NCBI GenBank assembly: GCA_902535055.1
Contig: CACASI010000003.1
Span: forward strand, 65,336-129,335
Length of the DNA: 64,000 nucleotides
Direction: 5' to 3'
Source of the DNA: an uncultured Candidatus Actinomarina sp.
GTDB lineage: Bacteria > Actinomycetota > Acidimicrobiia > Actinomarinales > Actinomarinaceae
A model generated the notes under the pieces. The model was not told the origin of the DNA. It saw only the letters and a program-made list of their open reading frames with translations, and did not search any database. This document shows, in pieces, positions 1 to 9,511 of the stretch; within the stretch, counting starts at the first letter, position 1, and the number at the start of each line of letters is the position of its first letter. A program made the position numbers and the translations under genes.

Positions 1-2
1 GC

Positions 3-2246
3 CCAACCGGTCCCTTTAGAAAGTGTTCAAAGGTAGTGGGGGATGTTATGGGTAATTATCATCCACATGGAAATGATGCAATTTATGGAACACTTGTAAG
101 ACTTGGTCAAAACTTTAGTACTAGATATCCATTGATTGAGCCTCAAGGAAACTTTGGCACCCCTGATGATCCCCCCGCAGCTATGAGATATACAGAATCA
201 AGAATGTCATCGCTTTCGTCCCAGCTTTTAGATGGCATTGATGAAGACACTGTTATTTTTGAACCCAACTATTCAGGAGAAACAAGTGAGCCAAGAGTTT
301 TACCAGGAAGATTTCCAAATCTTTTAATCAATGGAGCCGAGGGCATTGCTGTTGCTATGGCAACAAATATGCCACCATATAACCTTAGAGAAATAACTGA
401 GGCTGTTAAATTTACGTTAAATACAAAAGATCCAAAACCTAGAGATTACTTGAAAATAATTAAAGGTCCAGACTTTCCTACAGGTGGATTAATTGTTGAA
501 ACCCCAACAATAAAAGACGCAATTTTAAAAGGAAGAGGATCTATAAAGTTAAGGGCTGTTGCTGACATCGAAGAATTAGGAAAAGGCAGATCAGCAATAG
601 TGGTGAAGGAGCTTCCTTACCAAGCCTCAACTGATAGGATTATGGAAAAAATAGCTTCATTAGTTCAAGACAAAAAACTAACGGGCGTGTCTGATTTAAG
701 AAATGAAAGTAGCGATAGAAACGGAACACGACTTGTTGTTGAACTAAAGAGAGACGCCGTGCCACAGGTTGTTTTAAACGATTTATTTAAATACACACAG
801 CTTCAAGATACGTTTTCTGTAAACTCCGTTGCACTAGTTGAGGGTGTGCCAAGGGTTTTATCGGTACCAGAATTAATAAGATATTACATTGATCACCAAA
901 TTGATGTAATCCAGAGAAGGTCTCAATTTAGGCTTGATAAAGCAAAATCACGATTACATATTGTAGATGGTCTATTGCTTGCTTTAAATAAAATTGATCA
1001 AATTATAAAAGTCATTAAATCCTCAAAAGATGTTGAAGCTGCACGAAAATCGTTAATGAGCAAATTTAAACTTTCGGAAATACAAGCAACTCATATTTTA
1101 GACATGCCCCTAAGAAGACTAACGGCACTAGAAAAAGAGAAACTTGAAGAAGAAAAGAAAGAACTAAAACAAACAATCAAAGACCTAACTGCAATATTAA
1201 AAAGCAGAACGAAACAAAACGAAATACTTATAGAAGAGCTGGACGCAATAACCGAAAAATTTGGAGATGAACGAAGATCAAGACTTGTTCCAGACGTAGG
1301 AGAGGTAAAGATTGAAGACCTAATTGAAGATGAAGAAATTATTGTCTCAATATCATCTGAAGGATATATAAAATCTGTTCCCTCTACATCATATAAAAAA
1401 CAAGGGAGAGGCGGAAAAGGAGTAAAAGCCTCATCATCAGAAGAAGATGTGATAGAACACCTTTTATCAACTTCTGTACATTCCTATTTATTATTTTTTA
1501 CAGACAACGGGAAAGTTTATAGAGCTAAAGCACATGAAATTCCAAAAACTAATAGAACAGCAAAAGGATCTTTAATTCATAACGTTTTATCAATGGGTCA
1601 GGATGAAAAAGTTCAAGCCATAATTGACACAAGAGATTATGAAACTGAAAAGTTTCTTCTGATTATGACCGAAAAAGGCACAGTTAAAAAGTCAAAATTT
1701 AAAGACTTTGATTCAAACTATAAGTCTTTACAAGCAATAAAACTTAAAGATGATGATAAAGTCGTATCTGTTAAAACAACTTCAGGAAAAGAAGACATTA
1801 TTCTAGTTTCTCAAAAAGGACAGGCAATTAGATTTGATGAGAACAACCTAAAACCTCAAGGAAGAACGGCAATGGGAGTAAGGGGAATTAAGCTTAGAGA
1901 AGGTGATAAAGTTGTCGGCGCGGCGACCTCACGAGAAGAAACACTCTTATTTATTACTGCAAAGGGGTATGGAAAAAGGACCAAGCTTGATGAGTTTAGA
2001 AGAGCCGGAAGAGGTGGCATCGGCGTAAAAGCTCTCAAAGTTACAGAAGCTAAAGGAGACTTGGTCGGAGCAAGATCGGTGGATGAAGACACAGAAGTTA
2101 TGCTTATGAGTACTGGTGGAACAGCTATAAGATGTGCTGTAAAGCAAATAAAACAAATGAGTAGAGTTGCTCAGGGAGTAAAGGTTATGAAGCTTTCTAA
2201 AGAAGAAGAAATATCAGCCTTTATTCCTATTAAAACAGAGTCGTAA
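3..2246 (+). CDS. gyrA: DNA gyrase subunit A (5' end outside window)
   Basis: The frame is open from the window edge (..RKCSKVVGDVMGNYHPHGN..). It carries the AMRYTESR active-site Tyr motif and a long C-terminal repeated beta-pinwheel region. A DUF3566-type gene follows, as in Actinobacteria. Confidence 0.95.
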   Translation, partial: PTGPFRKCSKVVGDVMGNYHPHGNDAIYGTLVRLGQNFSTRYPLIEPQGNFGTPDDPPAAMRYTESRMSSLSSQLLDGIDEDTVIFEPNYSGETSEPRVLPGRFPNLLINGAEGIAVAMATNMPPYNLREITEAVKFTLNTKDPKPRDYLKIIKGPDFPTGGLIVETPTIKDAILKGRGSIKLRAVADIEELGKGRSAIVVKELPYQASTDRIMEKIASLVQDKKLTGVSDLRNESSDRNGTRLVVELKRDAVPQVVLNDLFKYTQLQDTFSVNSVALVEGVPRVLSVPELIRYYIDHQIDVIQRRSQFRLDKAKSRLHIVDGLLLALNKIDQIIKVIKSSKDVEAARKSLMSKFKLSEIQATHILDMPLRRLTALEKEKLEEEKKELKQTIKDLTAILKSRTKQNEILIEELDAITEKFGDERRSRLVPDVGEVKIEDLIEDEEIIVSISSEGYIKSVPSTSYKKQGRGGKGVKASSSEEDVIEHLLSTSVHSYLLFFTDNGKVYRAKAHEIPKTNRTAKGSLIHNVLSMGQDEKVQAIIDTRDYETEKFLLIMTEKGTVKKSKFKDFDSNYKSLQAIKLKDDDKVVSVKTTSGKEDIILVSQKGQAIRFDENNLKPQGRTAMGVRGIKLREGDKVVGAATSREETLLFITAKGYGKRTKLDEFRRAGRGGIGVKALKVTEAKGDLVGARSVDEDTEVMLMSTGGTAIRCAVKQIKQMSRVAQGVKVMKLSKEEEISAFIPIKTES

Positions 2247-2824
2247 TGGTAAAAGTTAACAGAGTAAGAAGAATTATCAGAAAAGTAGATCCATGGACTG
2301 TATTAAAGGTGTCATTTGTTTTTAATTTTATAATTTCCCTAACGATTGTTTTAGGATTTTCAATTTTATGGGTATTACTTGTAAACGCTGGAGTTCCCCA
2401 AGGTCTTGAAGAAATTGCTAGAAGGTTAGCCTTGTTAGACGACAACGCTTCGTTGGTTGGGAATGTAGAAGTCCTCTTTTCAAGTGTTTTATTTTTTGCA
2501 ACGGTCTATCTTTTAACACAGACGGCAATAACCACTCTTGGAGCATTTTTTTACAATCTTATATCTGACTTAGTTGGTGGAATTGAGGTTATTGTTTTAG
2601 AAGAATCTTATACTGATCCAAATCAAAAACCCAGAGAAAAAAGTAAAGAAAACACAGAAACCGCAATGATGTCTTTTTCAAAAACAATAGGAAAATTTAG
2701 AAAAGAAAAAGATACAAAAGACACTTTTATTCCTCCGGAAATGCCAAGGCCCGACGTGCCGAGAGATATAGAAGAAGAAACTCTTACTGATACATTTAAA
2801 AACTTCCCGAAGGATGATACATAG
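2246..2824 (+). CDS. DUF3566-like membrane protein
   Basis: Its ATG overlaps the gyrA stop (TAATG). It has hydrophobic helices followed by a charged tail. A gene immediately 3' of gyrA at this position is typical of actinobacterial DUF3566. Confidence 0.65.
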   Translation: MVKVNRVRRIIRKVDPWTVLKVSFVFNFIISLTIVLGFSILWVLLVNAGVPQGLEEIARRLALLDDNASLVGNVEVLFSSVLFFATVYLLTQTAITTLGAFFYNLISDLVGGIEVIVLEESYTDPNQKPREKSKENTETAMMSFSKTIGKFRKEKDTKDTFIPPEMPRPDVPRDIEEETLTDTFKNFPKDDT

Positions 2825-2834
2825 TCTTCTTTTT

Positions 2835-3005
2835 GGTGCTAATCTTTTTAAAACAAATAAAGTAAAAAAGCGAAGCTAGTGAAAATCTAGCACTGTCCCG
2901 CAACTGTGATTCTTCGGATAAGTCAGGTCGACTTTCTTGCTTTTTAGACAACAATCCTCGAGAGAAGGAATGGAGTATCTTACTTTTTCTCGTGGTGAGA
3001 AAGGA
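2835..3005 (+). promoter_or_regulatory. Cobalamin (B12) riboswitch
   Basis: The sequence GGUGC..AAGCGAAGCUAGUGAAAAUCUAGCACUGUCCCGCAACUGUGA..GAUAAGUCAGGUCGAC reproduces the conserved cobalamin core (GUGAAAAUC, CCCGCAACUGU, B12-box AGUCAGG). It lies directly 5' of a BtuF-like binding-protein gene. Confidence 0.75.
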
Positions 3006-3009
3006 AAAT

Positions 3010-3981
3010 ATGAAAACAAAAATATTACTTCTTGCCATGTTAATTTCAATGTGTTCAGGGGGGTCTGATATAGCTGAAGACAAAAATATTGTCTCCCTAT
3101 CAACAACCCATACTGAAATTATTCAAATGCTTGAAGGAGAAAATCTACTAGTTGGTGTAGATTCGTTCTCAGAAACCGAATTACCAATTGAGAAAATCGA
3201 TGCTTATACAGTTACAGCAGAGGAACTACTAATACTAGATCCAGATGTTGTACTTGTTGCATTTGATTTCAATGGAATAGTAGAAGGACTTGAAAACCTA
3301 GATATAGAGTATGCTCTTCTGCCTCCAGCACAAACCCTTGATGATGTTTATTCTCAAATTGAAACTGTGGGATCAATAATAAATAAATCAGACCAGGCAA
3401 ATTCACTAGTTAGTGAGATGAAATCTGACATTGATGATATTATTGCAAACTCGATTGGTACACCTTTGTCCGTTTACCACGAAATTGGATACACTTATGG
3501 TATTTATTCCGTTAACGAAAATTCCTTTATAGGTGAAATTTACAATCTTCTAGGTGTTGATAATATAGCAAATACAATTGAAGATCCTTATGGTTCTGGC
3601 TACCCAGTTCTTGAAGAAGAACAGGTTTTAGCCAGTGATCCAGACCTAATAGTCATTGGTCATTCAGATTATTTAAATAAAGATCTTTCAACACGACAAG
3701 GCTGGGAAAACATTAAAGCTATTGCAAATGACAATGTTTATTTTTTAGATGAAAACCTAGCTAACAACTGGGGAGTCAACACTGTTGATTTAATAAATGT
3801 TTTATCAGAAACAACAAAGTCAAACGATGATCCTGGACTGATATATAAAGAAAAATATACTGACAACGACCTAAGCAGTGGAAGCAATACCCAAAACATT
3901 ATCATCGCAACAATAATTGTGATAATCTTGACAGCGTACATACTTATTTCTAGAAGGAGTAAAAGTAAAGTACAAAGTTAA
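3010..3981 (+). CDS. BtuF-like ABC substrate-binding lipoprotein (cobalamin/siderophore PBP type) with C-terminal TM helix
   Basis: I moved the start to ATG 3010 (AAGGA a few nt upstream). The signal/lipobox is MKTKILLLAMLISMCSGG. It has a periplasmic-binding-protein pattern (IVSLSTTHTEIIQML, DPDVVLV, DPDLIVIGH). The C-terminus is hydrophobic, ending in RRSKSK. Confidence 0.7.
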   Translation: MKTKILLLAMLISMCSGGSDIAEDKNIVSLSTTHTEIIQMLEGENLLVGVDSFSETELPIEKIDAYTVTAEELLILDPDVVLVAFDFNGIVEGLENLDIEYALLPPAQTLDDVYSQIETVGSIINKSDQANSLVSEMKSDIDDIIANSIGTPLSVYHEIGYTYGIYSVNENSFIGEIYNLLGVDNIANTIEDPYGSGYPVLEEEQVLASDPDLIVIGHSDYLNKDLSTRQGWENIKAIANDNVYFLDENLANNWGVNTVDLINVLSETTKSNDDPGLIYKEKYTDNDLSSGSNTQNIIIATIIVIILTAYILISRRSKSKVQS

Positions 3982-3995
3982 GGAGATTTTATAAA

Positions 3996-4904
3996 ATGAA
4001 GGGCTATTCAAACGAACTCTACATACTTGCTTTTGATCATAGAGGAACTCTGACAAAAGGGTTGCTTGGGGTGGAAGGAAGACAGCCTACAGTTGATGAA
4101 GCAAGTAGAGTTTCTTCAATGAAAGATATTATTTTTGATGGATTTATTGAAGCAAAAAATTCTGGTATCTCAGGTGGAGATCCTGCAATTCTTGTTGATG
4201 AAACATTTGGTCTACAAGTTCAACAAAAAGCTAAAGAAATGGGTATAAAATATGCTGCACCTGTTGAAAAGTCAGGGCAAAAAGTATTTGATTTTGAGTA
4301 TGGAGATGCATTTGGAGAAAAAATAATTGAAGTTGATGCTGATTTTATTAAGATTTTAGTTCGATGGAATCCAAATGATGATATTGAAACGAGAGAAGTA
4401 CAAGGAAAAAGAATAAAAATTCTTTCTGACTGGATAGAAGAAAATGAGAGAAAATTTTTACTTGAATTTTTAGTTCCTGCAACAGATGAGCAATTAGAAA
4501 GTGTTGATGGTGACCAATCAAGATACGATTCTGAAATAAGACCAAAATTAGCTGTTCAGGTCGTAGAGGAAATGAGAGAAAAAGGTGCCGACCCGGACAT
4601 TTGGAAGATTGAAGGGCTAGATACTAAAGAAGATTGTGAAAAAGTTGCTACATCAATAAAAGATGGTGGAAGAGAAGATGTTATTGCAGTAGTACTAGGA
4701 AGAGGCGCTAATGATGAAAAAGTCAATCAATGGCTCAGAGCAGGCTCTTCAGTGGATGGATACAAAGGCTTTGCAATTGGTAGATCTATTTTTTGGAACT
4801 CTCTTAAAGGCTGGCATGAAGACCAAAAATCTAGAGAAGAAGCTGTATCTGAAATAGCAGAATCGTACTTAAGTTTTATTTCTGTTTATCAAAACGGGAG
4901 TTAG
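3996..4904 (+). CDS. Class I aldolase-like TIM-barrel protein (DeoC/LacD/DUF2090-type)
   Basis: The 302-aa product begins with ..LYILAFDHRGTL.., and its overall pattern recalls the DUF2090/tagatose-bisphosphate aldolase-like family. It sits next to a phosphofructokinase gene. The assignment is tentative. Confidence 0.4.
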   Translation: MKGYSNELYILAFDHRGTLTKGLLGVEGRQPTVDEASRVSSMKDIIFDGFIEAKNSGISGGDPAILVDETFGLQVQQKAKEMGIKYAAPVEKSGQKVFDFEYGDAFGEKIIEVDADFIKILVRWNPNDDIETREVQGKRIKILSDWIEENERKFLLEFLVPATDEQLESVDGDQSRYDSEIRPKLAVQVVEEMREKGADPDIWKIEGLDTKEDCEKVATSIKDGGREDVIAVVLGRGANDEKVNQWLRAGSSVDGYKGFAIGRSIFWNSLKGWHEDQKSREEAVSEIAESYLSFISVYQNGS

Positions 4905-4907
4905 GTA

Positions 4908-6110
4908 ATGCCAATTGGCAAAGCGGTTATTGGTCAATCAGGAGGTCCAACAGCTGTTATTAACAGATCATTGGTTGGTTTTATCAAGGAAGCTACAAGC
5001 CAAGAATATGAAGAAGTTCTTGGAGCAAGACATGGTCTATCGGGCATGTTATCTGAAGACTTTGTTGACTTATCTAAACTATCAGACTCACAACTTTACG
5101 GAATAGCTAAAACCCCTGCAGCAGCTTTAGGTTCTGTCAGAAAAAAACCTACAGAAGAAGATATTGAAAAACTAATTTCAATATTTGAAAAACAAAATAT
5201 AAGATATTTTTTCTATATCGGTGGAAACGACTCTGCAGAAACAGCAAATTTAGTTTCAAAAGGTGCGAAACAAATCGGATATGAGATGAAAGCATTTCAT
5301 ATCCCAAAAACAATTGACAACGACCTCTTAGAAACAGACCATTGTCCAGGATATGGATCTGCAGCGAGGTTTGTTGCTCATGCATTTCAAGGGGACGATG
5401 CAGATAATAGAAGTCTTAAAGGAATAAAAATTAATGTGCTGATGGGTAGACATGCAGGGTGGTTAACTGCGGCAAGTACTCTTGGAAAGTCGAGTGAAGA
5501 AGATGGACCTCACCTTGTTTATGTTCCAGAAAAAGTTTTCAATATTGATGAATTTTTAAAAGATGTCAAAGAAGTTTATGAGTCACTTGGAAGGTGTGTT
5601 GTTGCAGTTTCGGAAGGAATCCATAACAAAGAGGGAGATTATTTTCTTCAGACATATGCTAGCGATACTGGATCTGGGCTAGCCGGAAAGACTGACAGTC
5701 ACGGAAACATTCAACTATCTGGGTCTGGAGCATTAGGAGATACTTTAACGAATATTGTGTCAGAACATATAGATGGTGCAAGGGTAAGGGCAGATACTTT
5801 TGGATATCTTCAAAGATCTTTTTTGGCAGATATTTCCGAAGTAGATGCTGAAGAAGCTGAGAGAGTTGGAAGACATTCGGTTATCGCCTCATTAGATCTA
5901 CAAAGTGGTTCCGTTATATTAAAAAGACAATTATTAGAAACCTATTACTGTGATGTAGACGTTGTTGACCTAGATAAAGTTGCTAAAAATACAAAAGACA
6001 TGCCAGAAGAATTTTTAGACAATAAAAAACCATATGTAACAAATGAATTTTTTAAATACGCAATGCCATTAACTGGTGGCATAGAACCAAAAACTCAGAT
6101 ATTTGTTTAA
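4908..6110 (+). CDS. 6-phosphofructokinase family (GGNDS variant, possibly PPi-dependent type)
   Basis: It carries the motifs GQSGGPTAVIN, YIGGNDS, PKTIDNDL and MGRHAGWL. Confidence 0.85.
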   Translation: MPIGKAVIGQSGGPTAVINRSLVGFIKEATSQEYEEVLGARHGLSGMLSEDFVDLSKLSDSQLYGIAKTPAAALGSVRKKPTEEDIEKLISIFEKQNIRYFFYIGGNDSAETANLVSKGAKQIGYEMKAFHIPKTIDNDLLETDHCPGYGSAARFVAHAFQGDDADNRSLKGIKINVLMGRHAGWLTAASTLGKSSEEDGPHLVYVPEKVFNIDEFLKDVKEVYESLGRCVVAVSEGIHNKEGDYFLQTYASDTGSGLAGKTDSHGNIQLSGSGALGDTLTNIVSEHIDGARVRADTFGYLQRSFLADISEVDAEEAERVGRHSVIASLDLQSGSVILKRQLLETYYCDVDVVDLDKVAKNTKDMPEEFLDNKKPYVTNEFFKYAMPLTGGIEPKTQIFV

Positions 6111-6148
6111 ATTTTAAATAACTAAATTAGAACTAATATTGATAAAAA

Positions 6149-6655
6149 ATGAAAAAAATAAATATATTAATTTTTATTACATTTTTAGGCTTTTGTTCAT
6201 CTCCTAGCGAGGAAGGGATCGTTTCTATTTCCGATAATACAATCCCAGCTCCAACCATTAGTGAAGAAGATTATCCAAAAGTTTTAACAGATTGTTTAAA
6301 TAACGAAAAAGGTTATGACATAATTACGCCTTTTGACATAAATGACTTGAAAACAACAATAAGCCAACTAAGTAAAAGCAAAGAAGAACAGCTACGACTT
6401 GATGAAGACATTGATTATTGTATATCAAAATACAACTTGTGGGTTGAACTTGACAGTGAAAATCCAGAAGAACTTGCAAAGATATTTGATGAAAATCTTG
6501 AATTAGCTAAATGTCTAAGAGAAAAGGGTTTGAAGATATCTGACCCAACCCAGGACATGCCCAAGCTTGATCTAAGTGGCTTGGTAGAATCAAAAAAAGA
6601 AATCGAGCCATTATTAGAAGAATGTGGAATTTATAATGGGAAAAGTGAAAAGTAG
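6149..6655 (+). CDS. Secreted lipoprotein, two-repeat Cys-motif family (paralogue 1)
   Basis: Lipobox: MKKINILIFITFLGFCSS. Two repeats each contain C-x2-(N/R)-x2-G-x3-5-(D/E)P followed by a second Cys (LTDCLNNEKGYD..DYCISKYNL; LAKCLREKGLKISDP..EECGIYNG). Confidence 0.7.
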   Translation: MKKINILIFITFLGFCSSPSEEGIVSISDNTIPAPTISEEDYPKVLTDCLNNEKGYDIITPFDINDLKTTISQLSKSKEEQLRLDEDIDYCISKYNLWVELDSENPEELAKIFDENLELAKCLREKGLKISDPTQDMPKLDLSGLVESKKEIEPLLEECGIYNGKSEK

Positions 6656-7235
6656 AAACCTAATTTTAATAGGATTTTTATTACTTATACAGTCTTGTTC
6701 AGCAACAGAAGATTCAATAAGGGTTCTTTCTACTCAAGATTTGACTTCTCAAACAACCTTAGTGACCGTCACAACTATTCAAGATGAGGTAGTTGATGAT
6801 CAGATATCAATAGAAGATGCTCAACTTGTTCTAGCAAGATGTTTAAGAGATAAAGGTTATGATGTTGATGATCCGAAAAATGACGAGGGATTAAGAACAA
6901 TATTAACCCCAATCTTTATAAGTTTTAATGAAAGACAGAGACAAGAATTATTTGAAAACATACAATTGTGTGCCGAAGAAAATGGAATACCCCTGGAAGG
7001 AAATAGTAATTTTGAAAACCCTGAAGACGTTGCAGACAGGCTAGATACTGAACTTGAATTTGCTCAATGTTTAAAAGGGAAGGGGATTGAGGTATCAGAC
7101 CCTACCGCAGAAAAACCACTTCGACCAATACTTATTGAGCTTGTTCAATCTGAAAAATATACCGGAGATCAAATAAGAGAAGCTGCTGGAGAATGTTTCG
7201 ACGATCTAGGAATAGAACCACCTTCTGGCAGGTAA
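6636..7235 (+). CDS. Secreted lipoprotein, two-repeat Cys-motif family (paralogue 2)
   Basis: The likely start is ATG 6636 (MGKVKSRNLILIGFLLLIQSCS lipobox). Repeats: LARCLRDKGYDVDDP..LCAEENG and FAQCLKGKGIEVSDP..GECFDDLG. Confidence 0.7.
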   Translation: MGKVKSRNLILIGFLLLIQSCSATEDSIRVLSTQDLTSQTTLVTVTTIQDEVVDDQISIEDAQLVLARCLRDKGYDVDDPKNDEGLRTILTPIFISFNERQRQELFENIQLCAEENGIPLEGNSNFENPEDVADRLDTELEFAQCLKGKGIEVSDPTAEKPLRPILIELVQSEKYTGDQIREAAGECFDDLGIEPPSGR

Positions 7236-7259
7236 TTTAAAATACTTTATAATTCTTTT

Positions 7260-7856
7260 GTGTACAAAAAAGTAATTTTATTTTTAATATTTTTCTCATT
7301 TTGCTCCTTTTTTCAAAAAAATGACACAGCCGTAGTTTCAGTGGTTGATACCGATAAAGGGAAAGAGGCTATCGCTGCAGGATTAGAAATAGATGAAGAA
7401 AAAGAAACAATTGCCGACGAAGATGCACCGCTTGTATTAGTTCAATGTGCAAATGAAGCTGGTTATAAATTTAATGAACCAAAGAATTTTATAGATCTTT
7501 ACACAACCATATCTACTTACTTTGAAACACTTACAGAACAAGAAGCCGAAGAACTGTGGAAAACCATTGAAGATTGTGCTTTGAAATATAATTTATGGGG
7601 AATTGCAGATGAAGCACAATTCGAAGATCCAATTCAGACTTCAAAAGAACTGGATAGAGCATTGTTTATTGCTAGTTGTTTTCGTGAACAAGGGTATGAA
7701 AAAGTACCAGATCCAAATTACTTTAATAGGGAAGTGAACTTGGACGCTTACATTGATGAGGACTGGGAATTAAGAGAGGAAGACCCTATAGTACAGACAT
7801 GGCAAGGGTGTGAAGACAAGCTACCAGAAGAATTGAAAGAAGAATGGGATGATTAA
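7260..7856 (+). CDS. Secreted lipoprotein, two-repeat Cys-motif family (paralogue 3)
   Basis: It starts at GTG with signal MYKKVILFLIFFSFCS. Repeats: LVQCANEAGYKFNEP..EDCALKYNL and IASCFREQGYEKVPDP..QGCEDKLP. Confidence 0.7.
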   Translation: MYKKVILFLIFFSFCSFFQKNDTAVVSVVDTDKGKEAIAAGLEIDEEKETIADEDAPLVLVQCANEAGYKFNEPKNFIDLYTTISTYFETLTEQEAEELWKTIEDCALKYNLWGIADEAQFEDPIQTSKELDRALFIASCFREQGYEKVPDPNYFNREVNLDAYIDEDWELREEDPIVQTWQGCEDKLPEELKEEWDD

Positions 7857-7924
7857 AACTTACAATAAAAACTTATCAGAAACACCCTAAATACAATAAA
7901 ATACCTTAAGTAGAAAAATAAAAA

Positions 7925-9511
7925 ATGAAATTTAATATATTTAAAAATCGAAACTTTTACATTTTGATTGTCTTACTAGTTATTGGATCATCAGCTTATT
8001 ATTTTGGTACTCAAAATACCGAGTCATCGTCTGTTAATAAAACGCTACAACTTACAACTGTTCAGATTCAACAAGGTGATCTTGAAAAAAAGGAAGAGTA
8101 CAACGGAACTCTAAGACAAACCAATAGTAAAATTTTAAACAGCCCAATATCAGGAGTAATTACCTTCATTCCTGAAGAAGGTACAATAATTCAATTTGGT
8201 GAAATACTTTTTGCCATAGACAACAAACCTGTAATTTTAGTTGAGGGAATAGTGCCTTTTTATCGAACGTTAGATTTGAATTCTGATCCTGGGCCAGATA
8301 TTTTACAGGTTGAACAGGCACTTATTTATTTGGGTTATGCCACAGAAAGTTTTGTTGCCGATGATATTTTTGACCAAACAACTTCAGATATGTTGAATAA
8401 ACTTTATATAGATTACAAAATAGAGACAAAATCTGAAGTAACCCCGTCTGAACAAGTCGCAATAAATTTAAAACAAACAGAGGTCGAAAATATTGAGGAC
8501 ACTATTGACTCCGGTGGAACAACAATTACTGAAGTCAACGATAAGAAAAAGAAATTAGACGATGCTAAAGAAGATGCACTAGAAGAAAGTGCTGCATGGA
8601 AAGCAGCTGATACTGCAATTAAAAATGCTGAAGAAACTTTAACGCTTTACAGAGACGAAACTAATCCAAAGACAAAAGAAAAAAAGGCAGACGGAACATT
8701 AGATGCTGCCATAGAAGACCTAGAACAAACAATTGAAGAACAGAAAAGAATTAAAGCTTTGGAAAAAGGAAAAGAATCAGGGATAGATGCAACAGAAGCA
8801 CTCGCAATTGAAACTGCTCAGAAAGCTTATGACGATACCTTAAAAGAATATAACGAAGGTGTCGATCAAGTTGCTGAATTGGCAAAAGCTAAGGAAGAGC
8901 TTGAGGAGTTGAAATTAGCTTCTAGATCTGAAACATTTAGTCCTACAAACGCTTATGCATCAGAGACGCCCATTATTGTTGGTTCCTACATAAATAAAGT
9001 TGGATCAGCAGTTGTATTGAATTCCCAACTTTATAATATTTCATCAATAGGGATTGAAGTTGTTTTCCAAGTTGATGCATCAGATCAAGAGACTGTCGCA
9101 CTTGGAGATAATGTTGAAATTGAGCTCCCAACAGACGAGAGAGTTCCTACAGTTATAACATTCATCGATCAAGTTGTTACACAAACTCAAACAGGTGATT
9201 TTATCGAAGTTATTCTTGAAGTGTTAAACCCAGAAGAGATTGAAGCATATGATCAAGCTCCTGTAAAAGTTTTTGTAACTACCGAAATATCTCAAAATGT
9301 TTTGTATGTACCTGTAAATGCTTTGATTGCTTTAGCTGAAGGTGGTTATGCATTGGAAATTTATGATGGCGAAATAGAAGGAAGCACATTTGAAGGAGAG
9401 TCGGGAGTAGATACAATTTATGTAGCAGTAGAGATAGGTGTGTTTACCGATGGTTTTGTTGAGGTCATAGGAAATATAGCAAAAGGACAACTTGTAGTCG
9501 TACCAAGATGA
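7925..9511 (+). CDS. HlyD/MacA-like membrane-fusion (periplasmic adaptor) protein with peptidoglycan-binding-like domain
   Basis: It has an N-terminal TM anchor and a PG_binding_1-like segment (ILQVEQALIYLGYATESFVADDIFDQTTSDMLNKLY). A long Lys/Glu/Ala coiled-coil follows, then a C-terminal beta-barrel-like region. Its stop overlaps the next gene (ATGA). Confidence 0.7.
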   Translation: MKFNIFKNRNFYILIVLLVIGSSAYYFGTQNTESSSVNKTLQLTTVQIQQGDLEKKEEYNGTLRQTNSKILNSPISGVITFIPEEGTIIQFGEILFAIDNKPVILVEGIVPFYRTLDLNSDPGPDILQVEQALIYLGYATESFVADDIFDQTTSDMLNKLYIDYKIETKSEVTPSEQVAINLKQTEVENIEDTIDSGGTTITEVNDKKKKLDDAKEDALEESAAWKAADTAIKNAEETLTLYRDETNPKTKEKKADGTLDAAIEDLEQTIEEQKRIKALEKGKESGIDATEALAIETAQKAYDDTLKEYNEGVDQVAELAKAKEELEELKLASRSETFSPTNAYASETPIIVGSYINKVGSAVVLNSQLYNISSIGIEVVFQVDASDQETVALGDNVEIELPTDERVPTVITFIDQVVTQTQTGDFIEVILEVLNPEEIEAYDQAPVKVFVTTEISQNVLYVPVNALIALAEGGYALEIYDGEIEGSTFEGESGVDTIYVAVEIGVFTDGFVEVIGNIAKGQLVVVPR

